A stretch of DNA of 57,197 bases, the filler included, from Dugesia japonica (taxonomy: Eukaryota), in the NCBI GenBank assembly GCA_001938525.1. It is 5 parts of 5 records of this genome, joined end to end, with 100 filler letters (N's around TTAATTAATTAA, not from the genome) between each part and the next. Parts side by side here need not be neighbours in the genome. Positions count along the whole stretch, not along the records: positions 1 to 9,951 come from MQRL01607486.1; positions 10,052 to 24,557 come from MQRL01613272.1; 3 more parts are not named here. One strand, given 5' to 3'. The notes beneath the pieces were generated by a model. That model ran no database searches and was not told the origin of the DNA. It worked only from the letters and a program-made list of their open reading frames with translations. The position numbers were made by a program, and so were the translations under genes. Positions 1 to 12,500 of the stretch are shown here, in pieces (the first letter of the stretch is position 1; each line of letters starts with the position of its first letter).

Positions 1-122
1 TTTTTTTTATAATAAAAAACATGTATTATTAGCATATTACTTATAAAATATTTAATAAATAACAAAGAATTCATTTCAATAAAAGACATTAATTTTTTTA
101 CAACAAGAACAAATAAATATTG

Positions 123-470
123 TCAAGTATAATGTGGGATTTTCAACCATAATAAACAGTGTTGACTACATGTAGTTGTAAATGTATCTTGATATCGAAT
201 TTTATTGTAGACTATTGGCTTCAATATTTTCGATAAGTGTGACACCAACATTGATAGATAATATAATGCTAATGGATCGAATACTTGTATTTGAGCAGGT
301 TTATTGTAAACAGCTATCCAATGTTCTCCACCTAGATTTGATGCATGAGTATTGATAATTAAGGCATTGTTTACTGGGAAATATTTTGCACGTTTATCTA
401 ACGCATAAACACCTAATCATGCTGATCCAAGCCACTGTGATGCAATCAGATCAATCTGAATAGTACTATT
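123..470 (-). pseudogene. Polinton/adintovirus adenain-like cysteine protease (PRO), one internal stop
   Basis: Manual translation: STIQIDLIASQWLGSA*LGVYALDK...LIINTHASNLGGEHWIAVY...QVFDPL...RYQDTFTTTCSQHCLLWL. Catalytic GEHW, FD, Q and C motifs of the adenain family are present. Confidence 0.85.
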
Positions 471-499
471 AAAATAAAAAAAATCATTAATATAATAAC

Positions 500-1439
500 A
501 CTTACTGGTTGGCTGAACCATTCCCCAGGGCAATTGGATCTCCAGAGGTTCATACACTCTTATCCAGTTCCATTGTACCAGTGTACGGTGAAATACATGA
601 ATAGATGTTAATAATTCTTTGCTGTAAATATCTGTGCATGGCATACATAATTTTTTGATGATAGATTGCCGAATTGGGGTTTAAATTGGTATTTTAATTC
701 GGAATCCATCACAGTCTTTCCTGAACCAATTTTCTGGTCTGTATAACCACATTCGTTGTTCTTTAATGGCCTTCAATGCATCTTTTAATACCATTTGTGT
801 TTGCTTAACACAATGTGCACACTTATCTTCCAATTGATGTACTGACAGCGAACAGGTTATATGGGTAATGTGATTACAGCTTTCTTCGGATCTTGGTGTC
901 CGGCTTCCCTGGTACTAGATCGTATAGCATGTAGTGTCTTTCATAGCCTTGATTGCAAGTGTTCGACGCATTTGATTATCTAAACCAAAAGATACAACTT
1001 TAATTTCTTGTGATATAGTAACTGATTTATCGTTAGTCATAGATAATGTTGTTTGGTCTTGAGATAGTCGATTAATTTTTGGTGTCTTAGCTATTTTAGG
1101 CATAACTACTTTATCTGAAAAATTCAATTCCTTGGTAGCTAGTGCAATATTTTTAGTGTCCGTGTTTTCGTTGCCGATTTTAGTATGAAACTCCTGACGT
1201 GAAACCAAGCTCTTTCATTTCTCTTTCTTTTCTTCGTTTGTCTGCATATTTTAATGCGCCATCTTTCAATAATCTCGTTATTTATTGCAACTCTGTTTCT
1301 ATCTTTTCATCGTCTTTTGGTTGCATGTCCGTTTTCAGTTCTGAATTTACATCTTTCTCCGTTAGTTTCCATTCCCCATCTTCTTCAGACTCAGCGTCCT
1401 CGCTGAGACTTCTTTTCCTTAATAATGATTCTAAACCAC
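500..1439 (-). pseudogene. Extension downstream of integrase: acidic/low-complexity linker plus second copy of an unknown Cys/His domain
   Basis: ORFs 915..1208 and 417..644 joined in frame by IKAMKDTTCYTI*YQGSRTPRSEESCNHITHITCSLSVHQLEDKCAHCVKQTQMVLKDALKAI...FHRTLVQWNWIRVYEPLEIQLPW. Confidence 0.6.
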
Positions 1440-2686
1440 TCCATGGCGGAGAGTCAACTGGTTGAGACCATAATACTTACCAGTCCCATACTATTAATAT
1501 CATATGGAAATTCTCAAAAGCTCGAGTGAGAGTTTCGTAATAAATACTGATACAACGTTCCATAAGGTGTGTATTTCGTCTTGTTCCAATGGTACTTGAA
1601 TTGTTAGCTTGTCATGCATTTTCTTACATCGTTTTCTACTGAGCTCGTCTTGTTGCAACAACCCAAGTCTGCGACCAGCGATTTCCCACAATGCTGATTT
1701 CAAAATTGATTGCATTTTCCGTATGCATGTAAGGCAACTTGCCTCGATTAGAGTTGGTGAGATTGGGCATGTTATCCGAGAGAAGTGGGCACAACAGTTT
1801 TCTGGTGCCGGTGTCTGTGTTCCTCGTGGGATTATAGGATATATTGTCGTGGTACCCAATGCTTTAACTCGATGGCTTAACTGGCTTAATACGAATACTG
1901 GGATTGATGATTTCCCGAGTATCATCATAGCTTGTTGTGATCGTAATGGGTAACTATGCGATATATTTAACTCCAGATTTTCTGATTTACGTGGCCTACC
2001 TGGCCCTCTATGTTCCGTCGCGGTGGTTGCAGTACTTGCGGTTGGTGCGATTTCTTCCGTCATTGCTGCTTTTTTGCATAGGTTGGCGTGGTATATTTTT
2101 TGTTTCTCTAATAGGTTTCCCTTCCTTCGAACTTTGAGATTGGTTTCAGTCACTTCGATTACTTCATATGGTCCTTGCCATGATCCTTTTAATTTCGATG
2201 TAGTGTCAACACAAATGTCTGGTAAATTGATCAATACTATGTCGCCCTTTTTAAATGAATGTTGCATTGCCGTTTTATCGTGCAAATCCTCATAGCTTTC
2301 GTGGTAAAATCCTACATTCTTCTTGGCCTGTTTCCATATTTTCAGCATAGTTTCGTTAAAATTTGCAGCAAAGTTTGTTTCATCCTGGTATTGAGTTATA
2401 GATAGCTTCCTACCATACATAAGGATGCACACTTATTCGATATGCGAATAGACATAGTTGGATATGTATATCCCATTTATTTTGTTCCTTTTGAGCATAA
2501 CTGGATAGCATATTGATCAAGGTTTTATTAAATCGTTCCGTCAGTCTGTCCGCTTTTGGATGATAAGGTGATGTCCGTAATTGATGTATCTTGAGGAAAC
2601 TTGATATTTCTGCCAGTATGTTGCTCATAAAACTTTTTCCTTGATCGGTCAATATCTTTTTGGGTATACCATATCTGGTGAAAAAT
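1440..2686 (-). pseudogene. Gypsy integrase (N-terminally truncated rve core, GPY/F domain), AT-hook and first copy of the unknown Cys/His domain
   Basis: RYGIPKKILTDQGKSF...TSPYHPKADRLTERFNKTL (D..E core); FKKGDIVLI...WQGPYEV (GPY/F); RGPGRPRK AT-hook. ORFs 2410..2709 and 1500..2432. Confidence 0.9.
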
Positions 2687-4200
2687 TGGAGTGAATTGCA
2701 CGCCTCCATTTAACCGTAACATTGAGAATTTCCGTAACATTGGTTCAACTCCCAATGCCATTCGTTAGGGAAATGTTATCTATGAACCATCTGTCATGAT
2801 GTATTGTGGTCCGAATACATTAGAGCAATTTATGATATTTGGTTTATAACCCAATGGTGATATTATTCGAGTAATTGGTTGTACATAACTTTTCTCATTG
2901 TTGTGGATGATTTCTATTTCATTATAACAATATTTTGGATTAGACGGAAACTCTGTGTCCACGGCCTTGCATTTGTTTAGGTACATTACTTCGCCTACTA
3001 CTCGACCAAATTGTCCTTTTTCTAGAGGAAGTAACGGACGACACAATCTGGATTTGTAACTGCCATTGCTAACTTTGTCTTCAGTATTTCCTTATTCAAT
3101 GTACAGTCATTCTGGATAAGATCGTGGTACATTCGTCCGATGGTATCCTGCATCCGATGGAATAAATTGTCTTTTCTATTATTTGCATATAGATGTAGTT
3201 TGATATCTTGGGACATCACTGCGACTTGCGCTGTTTTTATCTGATGTTCTGATACGAATATCCCTTTATAGTTTGTTTTGTATACTATTTGTTCACATTT
3301 AAACATAGAATTTCCTTTGATCAATCGGATGGTCTCATCCTGTTCTGAGGACATTAGCACCGTGGGAGTTGTGTGTCATTGCTGATTGTATGATTTCAGA
3401 CCTGATGTTATCGTTTCTTTAAAATTATCTATCCTATCCTTTAGATTACCCTCTTTTGGCGCTTGATCAAGAGGAACTATGGCTCGTTGTCCTTGGTATT
3501 CATTGAACATAGCTTCTTTTAGGTGAGCTAACCTGCAATCCTGATGGTCTACTTTGTATGTCAGTGTTGATGTACCGGTATTACACGATCCATCAGGTGC
3601 TTTGCAGTATGACCTTCCTTTCATAGTTAAATCCTGGGCATCGAAAAATGCTTCGTATTCCTTAAGCTCTACGGTATAAGTTTCAATTGCTACCGCATAT
3701 TGCCATACTTTTTCTCGTATCGTGTATGTACAATATTCACAGTTACCTTTATGTGAAGATATACTTCCTGCTGCTTCTATCAGCTGGTCGATTACATATC
3801 CTTTTTTGGCGATAACCTGAGTCCTATGTTTGATGGTAATTTTACCTGTTGTAAATCCTTCATCGTATTGTTTTCATGTTAGATGTACGGGATATCTCAA
3901 TGTTCTTGGATCGATTATCGAAGTATAACAGTGTTAACCAAGATGAAATATGAACGTCTTTGCCGTTACTATACATTTACGTACTTGGGCCTTATAATAA
4001 TCGGACTCTTGATACAGGTGGTAAATGGAATTATGACGGAGTGATATTTTCTCCGGGTTTGCGTCTGGACATTCCTCGATAAATACTAATGAGAATACTT
4101 CCTTCCCAACTTGTATCCCATCGCAGTCATATGCTAATATGGCTTCACTTCTGCCCATCATTAAGAATAATAAGAGTATTGTAGTGGTTAATGCTTGCCA
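2687..4200 (-). pseudogene. env: Chuvirus-like glycoprotein (class III fusogen) env, C-terminally truncated
   Basis: Hydrophobic signal LTTTILLLFLMMGRSEA then ILAYDC..FSL..IEEC; C..DGSC; DCTLNKEILKTKLAMA; GEVMYLNKCKAV...CYNEIEI...YVQPITRII...NCS..GPQY. These resemble chuvirus G-type retroelement envelopes. ORFs 3934..4644, 3376..3624, 3022..3360, 2780..3046. Confidence 0.8.
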
Positions 4201-7200
4201 TGAGTTTTGGCGAGGCCCACGTGTCCATCCATTCTCGATCTCATTTAACTGATCCCGTACAATCCTGATTACTCTAGTTGCATTTTCATGAGATGGCTGA
4301 GGCTTAGGGTATATGGGCTCAATAAACTTTTTCCATCTCCCATGCTGCTTTATCAATGGCACTATTTTGTTCTGCATTAGATCCACTATCGGTAATTTGC
4401 TGAGGATGAAGTTTTTTGACGGCTTGCTTCTAACAATTGATAAATGTGTTTGGTTAATCAAATGGGCTATGGATACTACTATCCTTCCTTTCGTTGGCGG
4501 ATCTTGTAATAACTCATACATTACTCCTTCTAAAGTTATCTCTTGTGCCATGACTCGTACCTTTAGTGGCAGGGAATTTCTTAATGGCTGCTTCGATTTC
4601 CTTAGCCTGTGGTCTGAGACCATTTGATAGTTGAAATTTCCCAATCCATATTTTTAGCTCTGTATACAACATTAGCAATAATTGCCGTATGACCACTTTG
4701 GTTGGCATGTCATCATCGTCGAATTTTCGTGGAATTTCTCTTGTGATACCGTTGCTAATCGCTTAGTTTGATGGTTTATTGATGTTGCTAATCGTTTTTA
4801 TTTTAATGCTTCCTTCTCCTCCGGATTTCCTGGGGGTTTTGTTCTCGGTCTGCCTCTATTGCGAGGTTCAGTNATTGTTTCTGCATCCACTNTGGTGCGC
4901 GTTGGGTTTGGTGGCGCTTCTTCCTCTTCTGTCTCTATAGGATTTTCCATTTCTAAATGGTGATTTGTATCTATTAAGTCGTCCATGACTGAAGATGGCA
5001 ATTCTTTTGCTATTCTACTTAATATTTGCGATAATGGTTGTTCTTCTAATGCATCTTCTTCGTCTAAATGTACTTTGCTAGGATCGTATTTCTTGCTTCA
5101 AGTTGGCTCTTTGGCTTTTAATTCCTCACTTTTTCTAGTTGGAGGTGAGTATTTTGTGATTTGTAACTCATTCTCGTCTTCTGTTAACTCGTCTGCTGAT
5201 GAAGATCCGAATATTTCACGTTACAATCTTGGCTTGTTTTAGGGGTTTCTTTTGGTTCTTGAGACGTTTCAATACTTCTTGATTGATCTGTGGTAGGTCT
5301 CAATATTTGGCTAGACCCTAGTTGTTTTTGGTGCTTATAGGCTTTCAACATACTCGATCACTCCCCCATTATTGGTCTTGTTTTGTCTGCTGCCTTGTAA
5401 GGGTCTCCTAATTCTGGAAAAATCCATAACGTATTGGGTTTAACTAAATTTATTTTCATTAGTCCAATTGGGGTGGTATCTCCCACTATTCCGTCTTCAT
5501 CCAGGAGTTTATAAGGTGGCTTAAATGGTAACTTGTCTCGTAAGTGCTTTATCGTGTTATTTACTGGTATCTTAATTGTGATTTTGTCCCCCTGCGGATT
5601 GATTATTCGGAATTTGACCTCTAATGGAGTGGTTTGTCCAATCTCGGCTTTCCATTATTTAACCAGGATTTTATTAAACTGAATTGGATCCCATATGTGT
5701 GACACTTTGACAGCCATGATTAATCGTCGCTGTTTTCTAAGATCATCTACCACCAGATCTTGTTGTAAGACTATATTCGATCGACGTATGATTTCTGGTT
5801 TTAATAACTTATCGCCTACTAGCAATTCGAATAATTTTGGTAAATTGTCTTCCGGCTTTTCATCTTTGAATGGGGTGTTGGTCAAAGCCACTACCATTTT
5901 CACTCGTTGTTTACTTAGTTCTTTTTTAGAGAGCTTGGCTCTTGCGAATACTAATGGGTGTATCTCTTCTACATAATTTTCCACTACTTCTCTGGCTTCC
6001 TGCTTCCATTTATTAATGTCAATATTTCTTCAGCATACTTCTGTCTAATCATGAGCCATTGATTCTCAATTTCCTCCGGTATTTTTAGCCCATCGTATAT
6101 GTTATATATATGTTATATTAATTATCTTATTATATTATTATTATATTAACGTATATATTATATTAATTATATGCATTATCATCTAATAAATCTCTCGAGG
6201 TAACTTCTCCTTCTCTATCTGTACTCAGTTAATCATTTCCTACACTTTACGCTACTACTTCTCTTGCCGGCATTTGCCGCATCTTTATCATGTTGCATTT
6301 ACCCTCTCTTCTCTCTAATTGTTGTTTGAGAAAATCGTTACGCGTCATCAATAACTGCTTCCTTTCCTCCTTTGTTAGTTTGTCTTTCTTTCCTAATACT
6401 GTGGAAAGTATCTTTATTTTAATAGGTTTTACTTCTTGTTTATATAGATATTCCATCTCTCTCATGATTTCCGATGCCGATCTTCCGGTTTTTGTTATCC
6501 ATACGTCATAGTCGATACCCGGGTGTTTATCCAATATTACAATTTCAATTTCTTCTCTTGGTTTTACCCCAAATCGTATAGATGTCTTTTTCTGGCATTA
6601 AAATCTACTATAGCACTTGGAGTACACACGTAATTATCAGTTATGCATGGATAGCCTGCTTGATTAAGTGCCGATTCCAGATCTTCTACCATTAATCCCG
6701 TGAGTGTCAGTTTCATGTTTCCATCTGGATTATATACCCATACTTGGAAATCTGATAATCCCTGGTTGGATATTACCCAATCATAATGCACTGGTAACCA
6801 TTCTGTCTAATCGCTTTCAAAATTAGTGACCAGTTTTATAACTTCTAACAACTCTACTAATCGATTGGTCAACTTAAAGTATACATTCCTCTTTATTGTA
6901 TCATGGAGTTTCTGAGTGGCTACAAGTATCTCAACAATTCGAGCTAAGGATAATCGGGATGCTTTATTTTGTTCCGAGTCGGGATAGTCAATTACTTTCA
7001 CCTTCTCAAATCGTTTTCGTAAGTAGTTTTGAGCCTTGGTGGGAACTATTTCTTTTATAAATGTTTCTTCGAGATTATGATATAACTCGTCTGTTTCTAT
7101 TTCTTGAATTGTAATTTGTGGCCTGAACACCAATCCCCAATTTATCAATTTGATTACTGTAGTTTCATGGGGTCGTGTCCCGTAATAAATTAAATTCCTA

Positions 7201-7613
7201 TCATCTGGAAGAATATTGATTCCTATATTACCTTTTTGCCATCTGTGTCTATTCCATTTTCCATTCCATTGTTGCTGATCGGTAAATGTTGGTAATTCGA
7301 GAAATGGGTTTACCGTCATACCTTTGATACTGTTTACTTCGCTCCATTTTATTTCGTTAAGTGCTTCTTTCAAGTGTCGTACTGTCAATCCCTTTAGTGG
7401 TAGTTTTAATCATTTCGGAATGACCTCTGGGTTATTATGCCATATATATTGAATTTCGAATTCATAATCTTCTATATGTTCGTAATCTTCTAACTTAGTT
7501 TCTCTATAAAGCTCGGCGATGTAATCCAATATTGTTTTCTGCCAGTTAGCTTTTACTTTTACGTGTACTTGTGGGTGCTGGTATAATTGAAGTAACTGAT
7601 TCATCACTCGTCT
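4201..7613 (-). pseudogene. Accessory polyprotein region between gag and env with about three ubiquitin-like domains and an AT-hook
   Basis: ORFs 7614..8057, 7410..7607, 6807..7388 and 6564..6791 share one frame separated only by single stops. Ubl-like segments at ~7110-7460, ~6530-6750 and ~5410-5625. RGRPR at ~4850. Confidence 0.6.
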
Positions 7614-9341
7614 TTATCCGGTGGTTGTCGTTGATGCTTCTATTGTCCTATAGATGATTTCGTTGGTCCACTCGAATTCTGGTGATGTAATCAGTATTCG
7701 TTTCCGAGTGTCTTCCATTTCGATAACCTCCGTTGTTTCATCATGTTGGTTATAAATTTGTCTATATGTTCTGACCATATTACATTGATTCTTGTGTGGT
7801 TCATTTAGCAAGTTTCTTTTTGCTAGTCTTTCCTGCTGTACTTGCAAGTCTTGGTTTTGCCACTTTAGCCAATCATTTTCCTGTTGAACTTTATGGTACA
7901 CGTTGTTGAAAGTACTTTGAAGCACTCCGTTGACTTGTCCCTTGTTTTGGTTTACTCGTTGCCTTAATCTCTCATTTTCCTGCATTAGATTATCCAAATT
8001 TGTAATCTGGTTTCGATTATAATTTGTTTGGATTTCGTTTGGACATTCTTTTGCCATATGCCCTCTCCTGTTACACTTATAACAGCATGTTTCTACATTG
8101 AGGTTGGTTCTCTTGCAGTAAGTACAGAATCGATTGTTGTTATTATTATTGCCTCTACTTCTTCAATCTCGGGCAATATGCCCCCGTCTTCCACAGGAAT
8201 CGCATTGTATATCTCTATTATTTTGGCAGTTATTTCGTGGTGCATTAAATCCTCCACCATTTCCTCGGGGGTAGTTAGGTCTATCATTCCTGTTATTCCG
8301 TTCTTGCCCTAGGGTCAGGGTTTTCATCATGGATTGTGTGTTAGGTATCAAATCCGATATCCGCGGTGTAGTTTCCTCTGTCTGTCCTTTTACTTTGAAT
8401 ATCCGTTCTGATGGTCTATCTGCTACAATTCGCAATGTGTCCAGAGCGTCCTGTAGAGTCACTGGCTTACTCAATTTTACCATTAGTTTGGCGTTCTCGT
8501 CGCGTAATTCATTTAAGAATATAGCTAACACTTAACTGTCTTCCAGTTTATCTCCTGAGGCTAATTTGCAGTGCCTTTTGAGTTCCATCATATAAGCTTG
8601 TGGGGTTTCCCCCCGCTGTTGTTTTTGCTTCCTCGTCCCAGCCACAGGTTTTGGCATACATTTCGTAATTTTGGATAAATTCATCCAACTTTTCTGGTTT
8701 TCCGCTAAAATATTCGCCATCGAATTTTATTTTCCACTCCGGTTGATGGTTTTCAGTTTTGGTTGTCATATTGAACTCGATTTTCGGATTTTTGTTTATT
8801 GTTGAGGGTGTCTCACTTCCTAAGTCTCCTGGTTTTATTAACAATGAGTCGATGTTTTCCTGATTATAAGTTGTTAGTTTGATGATGTCTGATTCCTCTA
8901 ATGTATCGCTTATTCTACTTGATCGGTTACTAACTACTGGGGTTTTACTGGAGGTTGTTTTCGGGTTAGTTTTGTTTTCTTTATAACTTGGACTACGGTT
9001 TGAACTGATGGTTTCTAATGTTTTGGTTCTGGATAAAGAGGTTGATTTGTCGTCTTCTGGTTTCTTGAGCAAAAAGTAAAGAAAAAATAAAGTGACGATT
9101 GTTTGGTTTTCTTTGATGACCTGTGTCGTGTAAGTTGGTTTTCCTTTAGAATTGAGCCTGGAGTAGATATTCCGGATGTATTAGACCTTGTAAAAGGTTT
9201 TCTATTTTCTGAGTCTGAATCTATTTTGTCCGAGTCCAGCTTGTTGGTTGCCTTTTGTTTTTCGGTTTTGGCTTTGTAATACTTGTATTTTAACTCTCTA
9301 GAATAAAAATTTACTTCTAATTGTCTTTGCTTAGGAGGCAA
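7614..9341 (-). pseudogene. gag: Retroelement gag (capsid-like region plus CCHC zinc knuckles)
   Basis: FSGKPEKLDEFIQNYEMYAKTCGWDEEAK; QRGETPQAYMMELKRHCKLA; CDSCGRRGHIARD; CYKCNRRGHMAKEC. Confidence 0.85.
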
Positions 9342-9409
9342 TCACTCATTTTCCTGATTTTAACTTACTTTAATATCATGCTGCTCCACCCTGTCATCAT
9401 AGCCCCATA

Positions 9410-9951
9410 ACCATCTTCCTTAATTTTTTCCTTTTTATTTTCTTTAATTAAGTCTTCCTTTAATCTTCCTGTAATGCTTCCTTAATTTCTTCCTAATTAA
9501 TGCCAGGTTATCAATTCCTAAATGTGGGAGTACCCATTTTTCTGTAGTATAGGTGAACTCTTCTGGCTTTCTTTTTTTTCTTCCTTTTAATATGCCGGGG
9601 TAACAGTGCACACTTTTCTTAAATTTATATAGAGTTATCGAGAGTTTTCTGAAGGATCGGTGGCCCCGTTTGGAGTACGCTTTGCGTGCAGGCGAACGCT
9701 TCCGACTTTTCCTCCTTTAATGCTTCCTCTAATCAGGCTTTCATTAGTGTGCTTAACTACGTGGCCTTCTTTTAACATGCTGGTTAATGTACTTAAGACT
9801 TCACGTATCTTCTATCCTTGCGTAGGCTTCCTTTAATTTCTTCCGATGTTTTCCCTCTCGTACGCAGGCTTCCTTAATTATGCTTCCTTATTTCCCGACG
9901 TGGTCTACCTTTAACGTACTGGTTAACGTGCTTAGGCCTTCACGTGGTCTT
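9410..9951. repeat. Degenerate direct repeats in the putative 5' leader of the large retroelement
   Basis: Recurrent CTTCCTT(T)AAT and CTGGTTAA(T/C)GT(A/G)CTTA.G.CTTCACGT units at ~9780 and ~9920. Confidence 0.5.
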
Positions 9952-10051
9952 NNNNNNNNNNNNNNNNNNNNNNNNNNNNNNNNNNNNNNNNNNNNTTAAT
10001 TAATTAANNNNNNNNNNNNNNNNNNNNNNNNNNNNNNNNNNNNNNNNNNNN
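9952..10051. other. Artificial contig-joining spacer (also at ~24558-24657, 35823-35922, 48282-48381)
   Basis: N-run, TTAATTAATTAA (stops in all six frames), N-run; four such ~100-bp occurrences. Confidence 0.95.
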
Positions 10052-11317
10052 CAGCAAATCATGTAAGATTAAAATTATGCACAGTAAATATAGTTTCACT
10101 ACACAATGTACTCAACCGGTTGCATGAATAATGTGAATATTATTCACATTTTCAATTTATATGGAATTTGGTTGTAGCTTCATTAAGTAACAATATGAAG
10201 AGCTCCTTAATTCAACAAATAAAAGAAAGACGCACAAATTTACTCAATGTCATAAAAAATCTTCATAAAGGAGATCAAGCCCAAAAATNATCTGAGGCTA
10301 GATATTATATCTGGTCGCTAACTAAACTAGCTTTGGTAAATTTAATTGTGTATTTTATCCTTTGGATGTTATCCTTCCCAGCTGAAACTACATTCTTACC
10401 ATTTTCAAGTGATGATGATGATGAAGAAACCATAATGTGTGAAGACTAACCTTTGACCTTGACATTACAGGAGCAGCTAAGCATGGCCATAAATAATGAG
10501 ATAAAAATAACAACAGCGCCAAAATAAATCGAAACGCTAACGATTACACAAAAATTGAAAAGAAATTTCTATATTTGAGGAAGACTGCACACGTAGTACC
10601 AACTTGAACTTGATAAACGATTTTCTTTTAACTGTTTTCTCATCTAGTAAAGAAGCTGAACGTGCTTCCTCTTCTTCGGAAATGCTATATATATTAAAAA
10701 TTCGATCGTTTTTGAATGACGGAACTTTAAGCAATTTGTGTTTTACAGGCTTATAAATCAATAAATATTTTTTATGTTTTTTCATTGTTTTTTAATTTCA
10801 AATGAATTGATTTTATATATTACTTGTTGTTTTCAATACCAGTATTCAAATTCTGGTCCGGTATTGGATGCTCAACTGATAATATTGATAAATAAAATAG
10901 TGACAATTTATTGNAAATATCCTGACAATATTTTCTAGAAATTATAATAAAATTTTATTCATTAAGTGTTTTGAAAATTTCATGAAATTCTGATTATTTG
11001 CCAGACAATTTTCAATTTTTGTTTCTACACAAGATGGTAAATAAATACCGTCATATCGAAAAATAAATAAAATATAATTAATTTGTAATACTATTTATAT
11101 TTTTACAATAAATTTAAACAAGAAATATTTGAAAATATCTATAAAAAAGAGAAATTTATTTCATTTATNNNNNNNNNNNNNNNNNNNNNNNNNNNNNNNN
11201 NNNNNNNNNNNNNNNNNNAGAGAAATTTATTTCATTTATCGTTGCAAAATTGAAATAATTTTTACTATAAATATTAATATTAATTGGAAATTATATTGAA
11301 ATTCTCTTTATTTATAG

Positions 11318-11545
11318 AAATTTCAAAGTTACTGTTACTAGACAAGATAAAATAACCATTGATATGGATGTCAGTTCAGAGAATACTATCCAAAGTTTAA
11401 AAGAGAATATCCAAAGATCATGGAATAAACCAATAGAACAACAAACTTTAATGTTCAGAGGTGAAAAACTGGAAAATAATAAAAAGTTATCTGATTATGG
11501 AATTGTTGAGAAATGTTTAATTTCTTTATTTCCAAAAGTATCAAA
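11318..11545 (+). CDS. Host exon encoding one ubiquitin-like domain
   Basis: tttatAG acceptor and GTgag donor; 228 bp, phase 2-2; NFKVTVTRQDKITIDMDVSSENTIQSLKENIQRSWNKPIEQQTLMFRGEKLENNKKLSDYGIVEKCLISLFPKVS. Confidence 0.85.
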
Positions 11546-12500
11546 GTGAGATTTATTTCTATTTATATATTTTTATTTATTTATTTTGATTTANNNNNNN
11601 NNNNNNNNNNNNNNNNNNNNNNNNNNNNNNNNNNNNNNNNNNNTATTTCCAAAAGTATCAAAGTGAGATTTATTTCTATTTATATATTTTTATTTATTTA
11701 TTTTGATTTATTTATTTGATTTATTTATTTAACTTTATTTATTTNNNNNNNNNNNNNNNNNNNNNNNNNNNNNNNNNNNNNNNNNNNNNNNNNNNNNNNN
11801 NNNNNNNNNNNNNNNNNNNNNNNNNNNNNNNNNNNNNNNNNNNNNNNNNNNNNNNNNNNNNNNNNNNNNNNNNNNNNNNNNNNNNNNNNNNNNNNNNNNN
11901 NNNNNNNNNNNNNNNNNNNNNNNNNNNNNNNNNNNNNNNNNNNNNNNNNNNNNNTCTATTTATATATTTTTATTTATTTATTTTTATTTATTTATTTAAC
12001 TTTATTTGTTTTCAGTTTATTTATTATTATTTTTGGAAAACGAATTAAGATACGTTAACAAAATATATAAAATCTATTGAGTGCTTTCTAACCTCCGGTC
12101 GTGGTGAGCGGATCAATAAATGATATATTTTAATTTCTCACTCACTTGTGTGATATTTTCGAAGTAATTCACTGAAAATCTCAAATATCTTTCAATGATT
12201 TTCATTATGGTTGATGCGAGATAACTTTGCCGATAATTTTCGTAACAAATAGTGAGTTTGTGGTGTCTCCTTTACTGATTCCGTATTTTTTTTCTTGTAT
12301 AGTGTGCTCCAATGATCCTCGTAATGTTTTCAATTTCAAGAGCTCTATTTGGGCTATTATCTACTTATTATTTGATTAGTATCTAACCTTTCTTATTCGA
12401 CTGTGAATTTGTAAGCTTTTTATCAATAGTTAAAGTTGTTGTTTGAATCACAGTTGAGATTGGACCTTGTAAATATGATATTGTCCAAAAAAGGATAGTT

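Larger units (their letters stand above)
500..9951 (-). mobile_element. Large Gypsy-type LTR retroelement remnant with env; internally deleted (no PR/RT/RH seen); LTRs not visible
   Basis: Colinear minus-strand gag with CCHC knuckles, long accessory region, chuvirus-like env and integrase with GPY/F domain. Many stops and frameshifts. GC is higher than the flanks. Confidence 0.8.

Noticed and set aside
1199-8535. Plus-strand ORFs overlapping the large retroelement
   Set aside because: Antisense shadows of the minus-strand polyprotein with no motifs.
9952-10051. TTAATTAATTAA palindrome within N-runs (four times) as a biological motif
   Set aside because: Assembly spacer with stops in six frames. 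It also removes any linkage between the Polinton protease in contig 1 and the Polinton block in contig 2.
10168-10785. ORFs 10168..10449 and 10537..10785
   Set aside because: Possibly decayed transposon fragments, but no diagnostic motif supports a call.
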